Shown: in pieces, positions 8,757 to 17,404 of the stretch
How positions within the stretch are numbered: the first letter of the stretch is position 1
Layout: every line of letters starts with the position of its first letter
Assembly (NCBI GenBank): GCA_963663995.1
Contig: OY760660.1
Coordinates: forward strand, 870,001-902,000
Direction of reading: 5' to 3'
DNA: 32,000 bases
DNA from: Erysipelotrichaceae bacterium
Lineage (GTDB): Bacteria; Bacillota_I; Bacilli_A; Erysipelotrichales; Erysipelotrichaceae
Notes under the pieces: generated by a model
What the model saw: only the letters and a program-made list of their open reading frames with translations
Databases searched by the model: none
What the model was told of the DNA's origin: nothing
Translations under genes and position numbers: made by a program

Positions 8757-9719
8757 GTGTATAATTATAATAAAGAGATTACAATAATTGTTCCAACTTA
8801 CAATGAAGAAATTAATATTCCATTAATTTACCAAAGGATCTCAGATTTATTTAATACTAAATTACAGAATTACAATTATAAAATACTATTTGTTGATAAT
8901 AAATCAAAAGATAAATCAAGAAGTGTGATAAGAATGTTGGCACAAAAAGATAAACGTGTTCAATATATTTTTTATGTTAGAAACTTCGGCTTTTCAAAAT
9001 CAACATTTTATGCTTTAGGCCAAGCAGAAGGAGATGCTGCTATACTTTTATTTGCTGATATGCAGGATCCACCTGAATTAATAGAAAAATTTATTTTTGA
9101 ATGGGAGAATGGATTTCAAGTTGTTATTGGTATAAAAAATAAAAGTCAGGAAAATAGAGTAATATATAAAATCCGTTCTCTATACTATTACTTTATTAAT
9201 GAAATTACCGAAATTGACCACATAAATCAATTTACTGGATTTGGACTATATGATAGAAAAATGCTAAATATTTTTTCAAGGATTGATGACCCACTTCCTT
9301 ATTTGAGAGGAATTGTCGCTGAGTTGTCCCCAGAATGTAAAAGAATTTACTATGAACAAGAAAAGAGAAAATATGGTAAAACTTCCTTTAATTTCTGGAA
9401 TCTTTATGATGTGGCTATGTTAGGAATAACATCTTATTCAAAATCATTAATGCGTATCGCAGTAATTATCGGTACGTTAATATCGACTATTAGTTTAGTT
9501 ATCGCATTTATAACTGTTATATTAAAAACAATGAAAATTATTGATTATCCAGTGGGTAATGCTGCTATACTTTTTGGAGTTTATTTATTTGGCGGACTTA
9601 TTACACTTTTCTTAGGTATACAAGGAGAGTACATTGCAAATATAAACATTAGGACAATGCATCATCCTATTGTAATAGAAGATGAAAGGCATAACTTAAC
9701 TGGTAAAAAGAATGCGTAA
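8757..9719 (+). CDS. GT2 polyprenyl-phosphate glycosyltransferase (GtrB/CsbB/ArnC/DPM1-like) with two C-terminal TM helices
   Basis: Carries 'IIVPTYNEEINI' and 'FADMQDPPE' (DxD-type motif of DPM1-like enzymes). Two hydrophobic helices sit at the C-terminus (LMRIAVIIGTLISTISLVIAFI; ILFGVYLFGGLITLFLGI). The start codon is GTG. Confidence 0.8.
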   Translation: MYNYNKEITIIVPTYNEEINIPLIYQRISDLFNTKLQNYNYKILFVDNKSKDKSRSVIRMLAQKDKRVQYIFYVRNFGFSKSTFYALGQAEGDAAILLFADMQDPPELIEKFIFEWENGFQVVIGIKNKSQENRVIYKIRSLYYYFINEITEIDHINQFTGFGLYDRKMLNIFSRIDDPLPYLRGIVAELSPECKRIYYEQEKRKYGKTSFNFWNLYDVAMLGITSYSKSLMRIAVIIGTLISTISLVIAFITVILKTMKIIDYPVGNAAILFGVYLFGGLITLFLGIQGEYIANINIRTMHHPIVIEDERHNLTGKKNA

Positions 9720-10635
9720 AGTAATTATATCAGGTGGTACTGGTTTTATTGGTAGATGGCTCATTAAAGACTTACTAATGAATAATTATCAAGTTTTGGC
9801 AATTATTAGAAATAAAAATAAACTAGATAACAATTTTTTGACTAATCCAAACTTTTCATATATTGAAGGTGATTTAAGAAATTTAAATACAGATAAATTC
9901 CCAAAGAATAAATTCGATTGTTTTTTTCACCTGGCTTGGGAAGGTGTAAATTCTACTGATAAAAATATTTTAAAAATGCAAATAAGAAATATTGAAATGT
10001 CAATTAATGCAATTGAACTATGCAATAAATTAAATTGTGATAAGTTCATTTCCGCTGGGACTGTTGCTGAATATGTTTTCAGTAAAAACGTTCTTAATGT
10101 TGAGGAAAAACAAACACCAAATGATTTTTATGGTGCCGCAAAAACCTCAACACACTATTTCTTAAATGTTCGTGCAAGACAGTTAAATCAAAAATTTATT
10201 TGGGCAATTTTGCCCAGCACATATGGTGAATTTCGCAATGATAATAATATTATTACCTATACAATACAATCGTTGTTACACCGACGAAAACCTTCATATG
10301 GCAATCTGAATCAAATGTGGGATTTTCTATATGTTTCTGATGTTGCAACAGCATTAAGATTAATATCAGAGAATGGAAAAGATAATATGATATATGGTAT
10401 TGGTTCAGGAATTTATAAACCATTAAAAGATTATATAACTATAATTAGAGATCTTATTGATCCTCTTTTACCCTTAGGAATTAATGAAAAACCTGAAATG
10501 ACTCAACAAACACTTAGTTCTTGCGTGAATATATCACAATTATGTAATGATACTGGATTCAAACCTTTAATAAGTTTTGAAATAGGCATAAAAAAGACCA
10601 TAGAATATTGGAAAAATAAAAATGAAAATAACTAA
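9712..10635 (+). CDS. Extended SDR, NAD-dependent epimerase/dehydratase/4-ketoreductase family
   Basis: Carries 'ISGGTGFIGRWL' and 'YGAAK'. It is 307 aa and overlaps the upstream gene by 8 nt. Its size and family are those of CDP-paratose/abequose-synthase-type 4-reductases, but substrate cannot be assigned from sequence alone. Confidence 0.7.
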   Translation: MRKVIISGGTGFIGRWLIKDLLMNNYQVLAIIRNKNKLDNNFLTNPNFSYIEGDLRNLNTDKFPKNKFDCFFHLAWEGVNSTDKNILKMQIRNIEMSINAIELCNKLNCDKFISAGTVAEYVFSKNVLNVEEKQTPNDFYGAAKTSTHYFLNVRARQLNQKFIWAILPSTYGEFRNDNNIITYTIQSLLHRRKPSYGNLNQMWDFLYVSDVATALRLISENGKDNMIYGIGSGIYKPLKDYITIIRDLIDPLLPLGINEKPEMTQQTLSSCVNISQLCNDTGFKPLISFEIGIKKTIEYWKNKNENN

Positions 10636-11851
10636 GAATGATAATAACAAATTTGCAAGTATATTTCTATTTGTAGTAGTTTCTTCATTAATTTTGTGGT
10701 TTATTACAATATTATATGAAGGCATACAGTCTACTCAATATTCTATATTTTTTGATAAATGTAATGATTTGTTTGCTGATTTCACTAACATTAGTGGATA
10801 TAGTTCAACTCGAGATGTTTATTTAAACCCTATAAATGGACCAGGTCAAAAAGGGTATCCCCCTTTACCATATATAATTGCATATGTCTTTTCACGAATA
10901 GCAGTATTTGACACTGTATCATATCGAGATATATATGCTCAAAAAATGTTTTTAATTATTTTTGTTATATTTATTTCAATGTTACTAAGTTTAGTAAATT
11001 GGATAATTTCTGAAGAATTAAAAGGCTCTAAACTATTTCGGCTAACACTAGCTTTTGCATTAACATACTCAAATACTATGTTATTTTCAATAGAACGTGC
11101 AAATCTAATAATATTTACATTATTATTCTTGTTAGTTTATATTTTTTGGTATGATAATGATTCTAAAATTTTAAGAGAGTTTTCACTTATTAGTCTTGCT
11201 TTAGCGATATCCTTCAAATTAACTCCGGCAATATTAGGTGTATTTTTATTATTTGAAAAAAGATATTTCGATATTTTAAGATTAGGTATTTATAGTTTAA
11301 TTCTCGTATTTTTACCATTTTTGTTTTTTAATGGCGGGTTTAATAATATATCTGTTATGTTATATAATATGAATGAATTCTTTAAAACTTATTCTGACTT
11401 AGAAGGAATTGGGTTTAAGGCAATAATTTATAATTTAATTAGCTATTTTATTAAAGATTTCCAATTTTCAAATCTTACAAATAATATTGTTGATCTAATA
11501 TCAATTTCTTCTTCTATTTTATTATTATTTACTTCATGGATGAATAGGCAAAAATGGAAGAGAGTACTAACGATAACATTTGTACTTTTATTAATTCCAA
11601 AAATTTCACATCAATATAATGCACTATACTTATTACCTTCCTTGGTATTGTTTTTAAATGAGAAAAATCGAGGTAAGGGGGATTTTATAATATTAGTTTC
11701 ATTTATTATTATGTCTTCTGTTTATTATATTCCTAATTTCGATAAGTACTCTATTTCATTATTTATGATCTATATCTATTTAATGATGATTAGCATTGTA
11801 AATATTAATAACTTTCTTAAGAGTTTTTTAGTTAAAAAAAATTATAAATGA
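10622..11851 (+). CDS. Polytopic membrane protein, GT-C-fold glycosyltransferase candidate (DUF2029/GT87-like)
   Basis: About 10 hydrophobic helices. The first loop carries 'DLFADF...GYPPLPY', an acidic plus YPP pattern that I associate with DUF2029/GT87 and other GT-C enzymes. It overlaps the upstream gene by 14 nt. Confidence 0.5.
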   Translation: MKITKNDNNKFASIFLFVVVSSLILWFITILYEGIQSTQYSIFFDKCNDLFADFTNISGYSSTRDVYLNPINGPGQKGYPPLPYIIAYVFSRIAVFDTVSYRDIYAQKMFLIIFVIFISMLLSLVNWIISEELKGSKLFRLTLAFALTYSNTMLFSIERANLIIFTLLFLLVYIFWYDNDSKILREFSLISLALAISFKLTPAILGVFLLFEKRYFDILRLGIYSLILVFLPFLFFNGGFNNISVMLYNMNEFFKTYSDLEGIGFKAIIYNLISYFIKDFQFSNLTNNIVDLISISSSILLLFTSWMNRQKWKRVLTITFVLLLIPKISHQYNALYLLPSLVLFLNEKNRGKGDFIILVSFIIMSSVYYIPNFDKYSISLFMIYIYLMMISIVNINNFLKSFLVKKNYK

Positions 11852-11927
11852 ATTTTTGAGAGTATAAAAATAATTTTATTAACTTCAAATTAAAATGAAA
11901 TTTTAGATAATTAATTGTGGGTGAGGC

Positions 11928-14243
11928 GTGAAAAAAGTTAAGTTATCAATTTATTTATTTGGAATAATATTTATAATATTTTCCTTTATTAAAATTTACC
12001 ATCCAAATTATGGAATTATTCTTAAGTATGATTATTCTTGGGGTCACATTCCTAACTATCATGAATTCTTCAATTTACTAAAAAATGGTCTTCCATTATG
12101 GTCTTGGAATTTCTTTTTAGGAACAAATTATTGGGGCTCAAAAGTCATAGGAATAATGGGTGATATTTTTTCATGGTTTGCTTTTGTATTAAACTATTAT
12201 ATTAAAAACACAACTATATCAATGAGCATTCTACTAATCGTCAAATATATAATTGGTTACACCGGTTTTTTTCTTCTAAGTAAAACATTTACTAATAAAA
12301 TTTATATCAGATTAATTTCATCACTTTTCTTTATATTCAGTGGATGGAGCACAACATTTATTGAGCAAACATTTTTCACTTCATTTTACGTGATACTTCC
12401 CTTTATGTTTTATGGTGTTGAAAAATATCTTTTAGAAAAAAAATACTCGATTTATATATTATCTGTTGCGATATTAATATCTATTGATTTCTATTTATTT
12501 TGGCCAACATCAATATTATTGTTATTTTACTGGCTATATAGAAATTTAATAATATTTAAAATAAATAAAAGTAATTTCACTATTTTTATTAAAAATTCTA
12601 TTGTGTTACTTTTTTATACAATAATTGGATTATTGATATCATCTGTTTTTTGGCTGCCAGGAATGATGCATTTACTTAGTTCTGCAAGAATTGGTAATTA
12701 TTTATTTTCATATACAAATTGGAGTTTGATAAATATTACAAGTTTTTTTGTATTTTCTTTTATTCCAGTTCTAAAATATTTAAATGGATTTTTAAAAGAT
12801 AGTTGGTATTACTTTTACCAAATTGGTCTGTATTACGGATCTATTTTTTTAATCTTAATACCACATGTTTTTTATGTTTTTGAATCAAAAAAAGAGAGGA
12901 TTGTTAATTCAATTTTTATTTTGTTGATATATTCACTCTTACTATCACCGAAAATTGGTCTGTTTTTTCATTTTACATATAGTTTAAGATATACATTCGT
13001 TATAACATTTTTTGGTTTAATTATTGGGATTCAAATTTTAGATAAATTACATAAGTTAAATAAGTTTATTTTATTAATTGTACAAATGGTAATAGCTATT
13101 GCTTATATATATCTTACAAATGTAATTATTCCTGAAATTTATGGATTTAACATGTCCATAAACACAACTGAATTAATAATTTTAAAATATATTTTTATTC
13201 TTACAATTATTTACACAACAATTTTACTTTTTATAAATTCGAATTTAAAAAGACCAAATTTAATAAACGCACTTTCTATTGTTTTAATCTTTTTTTCTTT
13301 AATTGAACTATACATATCAACTGATTTTTCCATAAAGTCTCAAGACTTTTTAATTGAAAATGAAACTCCTCCTTTTGTTAGAGATTCAAATTATTTAGAT
13401 GCTTTAACTTTCTTAAAATCGACTGATACTACATTCTATAGAATTTATCAGGATGATCTAAGTATATCCAATATAAATTTAGTATATGATTTTAAAAGTA
13501 TCTCAACATATGACAGCACATACCAATATTCATTAATAAAATACTTAGATTGGACACGCCAATACCCTTACACAAATTGGGAGTTTAAATATCAAGAACC
13601 CTCATTTAATTTAATTATGGATACTAGATATGCGATTGTTAAATCATCAAATGTTGATAGTTATATGGTTAGCGACTGGTACACAACGGAAATTTATAAT
13701 AATGGAATGTATAAAATTCTTAAATACAAAGACGATGTAAGTATTGCGTATACATATAATTTTTGCTCCAGTTATAATGAGATCACTAATTTTGTAAGTC
13801 AAGATCAGTATCAACTATTTGAACTAGGTGATTTATTAAAACAAACTCTATATTTTAAAAACGGATGCGATATCGAACTACAAAAGTATACAAATCACGA
13901 AACATTCAATCGTAACTACTTTGATCCAATTTATTATTCTCAGAATTCAATGTTTTTTGACATCGATATTGAACAAAATCAACTCTTATTTTTCAGTATT
14001 CCATACGACGAAGGATGGTCTCTGTATGATAATGATAAAAAAATAGATTTTTATGAAGTTCAAGGTGGCTTTATAGGAATCCCAATTGATTCAGGCAATC
14101 ATAAATTACTCTTTAAGTTTAGACCAGAAGGTTTTAATCTAGGGCTTATATTAAGTCTAATAGGTCTTGTAATATTAATAATAAAAGTAATTGTATCTAA
14201 ATTTAGGTCAAAATCTAATATCAAAAAATATGTTAATAAATAA
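11928..14243 (+). CDS. YfhO-family membrane protein (GT-C-type extracytoplasmic glycosyltransferase)
   Basis: 771 aa with many N-terminal TM helices. It has an early loop 'LKNGLPLWSWNFFLGTNYWGS', a large C-terminal soluble domain and a final single TM anchor (LGLILSLIGLVILIIKVIV). This is the YfhO architecture. The start is GTG at 11928, with GGTGAGG just upstream. Confidence 0.6.
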   Translation: MKKVKLSIYLFGIIFIIFSFIKIYHPNYGIILKYDYSWGHIPNYHEFFNLLKNGLPLWSWNFFLGTNYWGSKVIGIMGDIFSWFAFVLNYYIKNTTISMSILLIVKYIIGYTGFFLLSKTFTNKIYIRLISSLFFIFSGWSTTFIEQTFFTSFYVILPFMFYGVEKYLLEKKYSIYILSVAILISIDFYLFWPTSILLLFYWLYRNLIIFKINKSNFTIFIKNSIVLLFYTIIGLLISSVFWLPGMMHLLSSARIGNYLFSYTNWSLINITSFFVFSFIPVLKYLNGFLKDSWYYFYQIGLYYGSIFLILIPHVFYVFESKKERIVNSIFILLIYSLLLSPKIGLFFHFTYSLRYTFVITFFGLIIGIQILDKLHKLNKFILLIVQMVIAIAYIYLTNVIIPEIYGFNMSINTTELIILKYIFILTIIYTTILLFINSNLKRPNLINALSIVLIFFSLIELYISTDFSIKSQDFLIENETPPFVRDSNYLDALTFLKSTDTTFYRIYQDDLSISNINLVYDFKSISTYDSTYQYSLIKYLDWTRQYPYTNWEFKYQEPSFNLIMDTRYAIVKSSNVDSYMVSDWYTTEIYNNGMYKILKYKDDVSIAYTYNFCSSYNEITNFVSQDQYQLFELGDLLKQTLYFKNGCDIELQKYTNHETFNRNYFDPIYYSQNSMFFDIDIEQNQLLFFSIPYDEGWSLYDNDKKIDFYEVQGGFIGIPIDSGNHKLLFKFRPEGFNLGLILSLIGLVILIIKVIVSKFRSKSNIKKYVNK

Positions 14244-16059
14244 ATGTTTCTAAAACCAAATTAACAGTAGTATTATGCTTATATATTTTGTAAACTCCTC
14301 CGACAACCGGGTAATTACTGTCATCAAATAATGAATATGCAAAATATTCAAATTCCCTGTTAATTGAATAGATATATAAATAGTCGTAATTTAAAAGCAA
14401 ATTAATAAAGTCTTCTTTATCAATGGTTTTTTCCCAATATCCTGATATATATTCATCAAATGATATATATTGATAATCCATATTTATTTTTCTTGGTAAC
14501 ATATAATATCTAAATTGATTTGTGATTAAATCAGATTCTTGTTGAGCTACTATAAAAATTCCTTGATCAAAAGTTGTTAATTCATTAAGTTTATTCGAAA
14601 TTGATTCTATTTTGGAAACTTGATATGGTTTTAAGTTCAATGAAAAAGAATCATTGCTCCAATTATTAGTTATTGATATGAAAATTACTATAAGTAAAAT
14701 AAAAATAGATTTTATATTTAGTAGTTCTATTCTTTGATTAATATAACTAAAAATTAAATATAATAACGAAAATAATAAATAGGTATTTAAGTATCTTGTT
14801 AATGAAAATAAATTCTCAAATTCATAACTAGAAAAACTATTGTTATATAAAATAAATAAAATATAGATATAAACAAATGAAAATAAAAATATCAGGTATA
14901 TTGATATTTCTAATCTTTTTGTTTTATCAAGAAATAGGTTTATTAATAAAATAAAAATATTTAGATAAAAGAATGAGAAAATCGAAGAAGAAAATAATAA
15001 TGGTTTTGCATATATATGATTAAAGAAATTACTTATTAGTACATTAGAATTTGAAGATAACTGATAAATTAAAATTTTAAAAGATTCAAAGATTGTAGAT
15101 AAATTAATATCGAATTGACCAGCTATAGATAAATTTTTAATATAAATAGACCATAAAATTGAAAAAGCATATGCAAAAATAATACATAAAATTAATTTTA
15201 GGTAATATACTTCATGTTTTATTAATAATTTAAACAAAAGAATAATTAATCCTAGAATTATAAAAATAATTCCTATTTGTTTAATGAACAGTATGGAAAT
15301 ACTTAATAAAAATATTTCAAAAAAACTAAATAAACTAAATTCATTATAATTATTCAAAATTCTAATATAGTAAGCTGCCGTTATTGCCATTATAAAATCT
15401 AAGTAAAGAGTTGAATAAAACTTTGCATCTTCTAGGTTAAATAAAATGACTGTTGTTATGGAAAAAATAAAAACGATAAAAATGCTTATTACATTTTTTA
15501 TTATATTTTTTGATTGTAATTTCTCACTAAAAATTGAAATAAAGAAAGAAAATTCAAGCAATTGAATAGCTCTAAACAAATATGACTCAGAATAACTTCC
15601 TTTTATCCAAATCCAAAAAAGCTCGATCAATGAAACTAGTGGCGGGTAATCTCTATGATATATTAATGTCGATATAGAGCTGGTATATAAATTATTTGTT
15701 CTATACATATCCTTAACCATATATGCCCAATGAGTAAAATCGTCCCAAGCAAAAATTTGCTTATTAATATTTATATACGTTACAAAAATATAAAATAGTA
15801 TAAAAAGCAACAAAGTTAAGTAAAAATTATTATTAAATAATTCTTTATGATGCTTTATCGCAATTATTAAACCAAATAACGAAAAACCACAATATAGTAA
15901 ATAACCAACGAAAATATTATTAAACAGACTTGTAATAAGACTAAAAATCCCTATAAATATAATACTCAAAGGTAAAAGTCTACCAAAAGATTTTTTACTC
16001 AACTGCATCAAGAGAATATTAAAGAAAGTGATTGTTAAAAAAGGTAAAATAATTCCCAT
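14233..16059 (-). CDS. Polytopic membrane protein with a C-terminal soluble domain; third GT-C-like glycosyltransferase candidate
   Basis: More than 12 hydrophobic helices. The first large loop reads 'WDDFTHWAYMV...YHRDYPPLVSL' (DD...YPP). I call ATG 16059 as the native start. The ORF-track start (GTG 16131) lies inside the IS30 inverted repeat. With the IS removed, the frame is closed by a TAG 8 codons upstream of the insertion point (+ strand CTA at 17358-17360), with no ATG, GTG or TTG before ATG 16059. Confidence 0.55.
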   Translation of the reverse strand: MGIILPFLTITFFNILLMQLSKKSFGRLLPLSIIFIGIFSLITSLFNNIFVGYLLYCGFSLFGLIIAIKHHKELFNNNFYLTLLLFILFYIFVTYININKQIFAWDDFTHWAYMVKDMYRTNNLYTSSISTLIYHRDYPPLVSLIELFWIWIKGSYSESYLFRAIQLLEFSFFISIFSEKLQSKNIIKNVISIFIVFIFSITTVILFNLEDAKFYSTLYLDFIMAITAAYYIRILNNYNEFSLFSFFEIFLLSISILFIKQIGIIFIILGLIILLFKLLIKHEVYYLKLILCIIFAYAFSILWSIYIKNLSIAGQFDINLSTIFESFKILIYQLSSNSNVLISNFFNHIYAKPLLFSSSIFSFFYLNIFILLINLFLDKTKRLEISIYLIFLFSFVYIYILFILYNNSFSSYEFENLFSLTRYLNTYLLFSLLYLIFSYINQRIELLNIKSIFILLIVIFISITNNWSNDSFSLNLKPYQVSKIESISNKLNELTTFDQGIFIVAQQESDLITNQFRYYMLPRKINMDYQYISFDEYISGYWEKTIDKEDFINLLLNYDYLYIYSINREFEYFAYSLFDDSNYPVVGGVYKIYKHNTTVNLVLETFIY

Positions 16060-16091
16060 GCTAGTATTATATCTTGATAAATAATTTAAAA

Positions 16092-16104
16092 AAAATAATT
16101 TTAA
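16092..16104. repeat. Left copy of the 13-bp direct repeat (putative target-site duplication) of the IS30 element
   Basis: AAAATAATTTTAA is identical to 17324-17336 and abuts the IS30 inverted repeat. Confidence 0.6.
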
Positions 16105-17323
16105 CCTAAATTGCAATATCAACCCGTCCACTTTTTGAAATAAAGAAAATCAAGAATCATTAAGTTGTTTGAATTTGATTGTAGTGGAAAAGAATGGATT
16201 CAGTGGGTGTTTGATAATTGAGTATCTTACGTGGTAAGTGGTTCATGGAATGAACCACTTGGTCGATCGTTAAGTCAGATATCGTTTTTAATGATTTACC
16301 TTTAGGAATAGAACGTCTAATTATTCCATTGTGTCTTTCATTCGTTCCTCTTTCCCAAGATGAATAGGGATGAGCGAAGTAAACATCACTTAGATCTTGT
16401 ATAAGCTCTGATAAACCTGCAAACTCTGAGCCATTATCACTGGTAATGGATTTAAAGATTTGTGGAAAATGCGGATGATCTAGGTTTAATTGTTTAAGTC
16501 CTTCATTAACGGCTTCTTCATATTTGCCTTTAATCTTCAGAATGATTTGATAACGAGTTAGCCTTTCTGTCATAGTAAGCAGAACGGGTTCATCCTTTTT
16601 CTTCTTTCCGATGACAGTATCTATTTCCCAATGACCAAATGTGCTTCTGTCATTGATTTCTTGAGGTCTACAATCTATCGATTGACCTAAGACTCTACGA
16701 TGTTTAGGTGCTTTCTTAGACTTTGTCTTTCGTCTAAGTTTCAACCATAGATTTAAGTTATTCAAATCCTTGATTAAACCTCTATCAATATAGTTGTATA
16801 AGGTCTTAGCACAGACTGCTTCAGACCGATCAAAATGTCCTTCTTTTAAAGCTCGTCCGACGACAATATCAGGTGACCACTTATCAACACTAATCTTTTG
16901 TGTAGCGTAATCTATAAAGGCTTTTACCTTAGCTAGCTTGGGCTGTGGTCGACTGTTTAAGCGATGTCGCTCATAAACGATTTGACCCGTCTCTGCGTAA
17001 TAGAGTTCAGTGGTATAAGTATAACCATTCACAATCTTCTTTTGAATCGCTGAACCACGTTTGATTTCGTCGTTAATCGTTGAGTGACTTCGATTAAGAT
17101 TTTTCGCGATCAGCCGATTAGAATAGCCACATCGCTTCTGTGTTTGAATTTCTATCCGTTCAGACAAACTTAAATGTTGTCCTTTAGTTCTAGTCGTTAT
17201 ATCATTGTGTTGCATCGTTCATAAGTCCTTTCTCATGTGTTTCGCAACTTAATGATACTAGGATTCTTATGAATGGTGCTTTTCTTTTTCTAACGGGTGG
17301 ACGAGTTCATTTTACAATTGAGG
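16105..17323 (-). mobile_element. IS30-family insertion sequence (about 1219 bp), apparently intact
   Basis: A single transposase ORF is bounded by imperfect terminal inverted repeats. These are CCTAAATTGCAATATCAACCCGTCCAC at 16105-16131 and the reverse complement of 17297-17323, CCTCAATTGTAAAATGAACTCGTCCAC (22/27 identical). A direct repeat AAAATAATTTTAA flanks the element. It is visibly richer in G+C than its surroundings. Confidence 0.85.
16160..17215 (-). CDS. IS30-family transposase
   Basis: N-terminal HTH region ('LSLSERIEIQ...GYSNRLIAKNLNRSHSTINDEIKRG'). DDE core reads 'GHWEIDTV', 'SDNGSEFAG' and 'HPYSSWERGTNERHNGIIRR..PKG', all hallmark IS30 motifs. Confidence 0.93.
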   Translation of the reverse strand: MQHNDITTRTKGQHLSLSERIEIQTQKRCGYSNRLIAKNLNRSHSTINDEIKRGSAIQKKIVNGYTYTTELYYAETGQIVYERHRLNSRPQPKLAKVKAFIDYATQKISVDKWSPDIVVGRALKEGHFDRSEAVCAKTLYNYIDRGLIKDLNNLNLWLKLRRKTKSKKAPKHRRVLGQSIDCRPQEINDRSTFGHWEIDTVIGKKKKDEPVLLTMTERLTRYQIILKIKGKYEEAVNEGLKQLNLDHPHFPQIFKSITSDNGSEFAGLSELIQDLSDVYFAHPYSSWERGTNERHNGIIRRSIPKGKSLKTISDLTIDQVVHSMNHLPRKILNYQTPTESILFHYNQIQTT

Positions 17324-17336
17324 AAAATAATTTTAA
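17324..17336. repeat. Right copy of the 13-bp direct repeat of the IS30 element; it overlaps a local 11-bp x2 tandem (AATTTTAATAT, 17329-17350)
   Basis: AAAATAATTTTAA is identical to 16092-16104. The sequence is AT-rich and low in complexity, so part of the match could be chance. Confidence 0.55.
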
Positions 17337-17396
17337 TATAATTTTAATATAAGAATTCTAATAAGTGAAAATGTAACAAAACTATAACTATTAGCT

Positions 17397-17404
17397 CAAA
17401 ACAT
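17397..17404. repeat. Left copy of the direct repeat flanking the IS3 element (CAAAACAT)
   Basis: Identical to 18872-18879 and immediately outside the inverted repeat. Confidence 0.7.

Noticed and set aside
17329-17350. The 11-bp x2 tandem AATTTTAATAT as an independent regulatory repeat
   Set aside because: It is a low-complexity AT sequence that overlaps the putative IS30 target duplication. It is better explained as the nature of the target site than as a dedicated element, and is mentioned only as a caveat to the duplication length.
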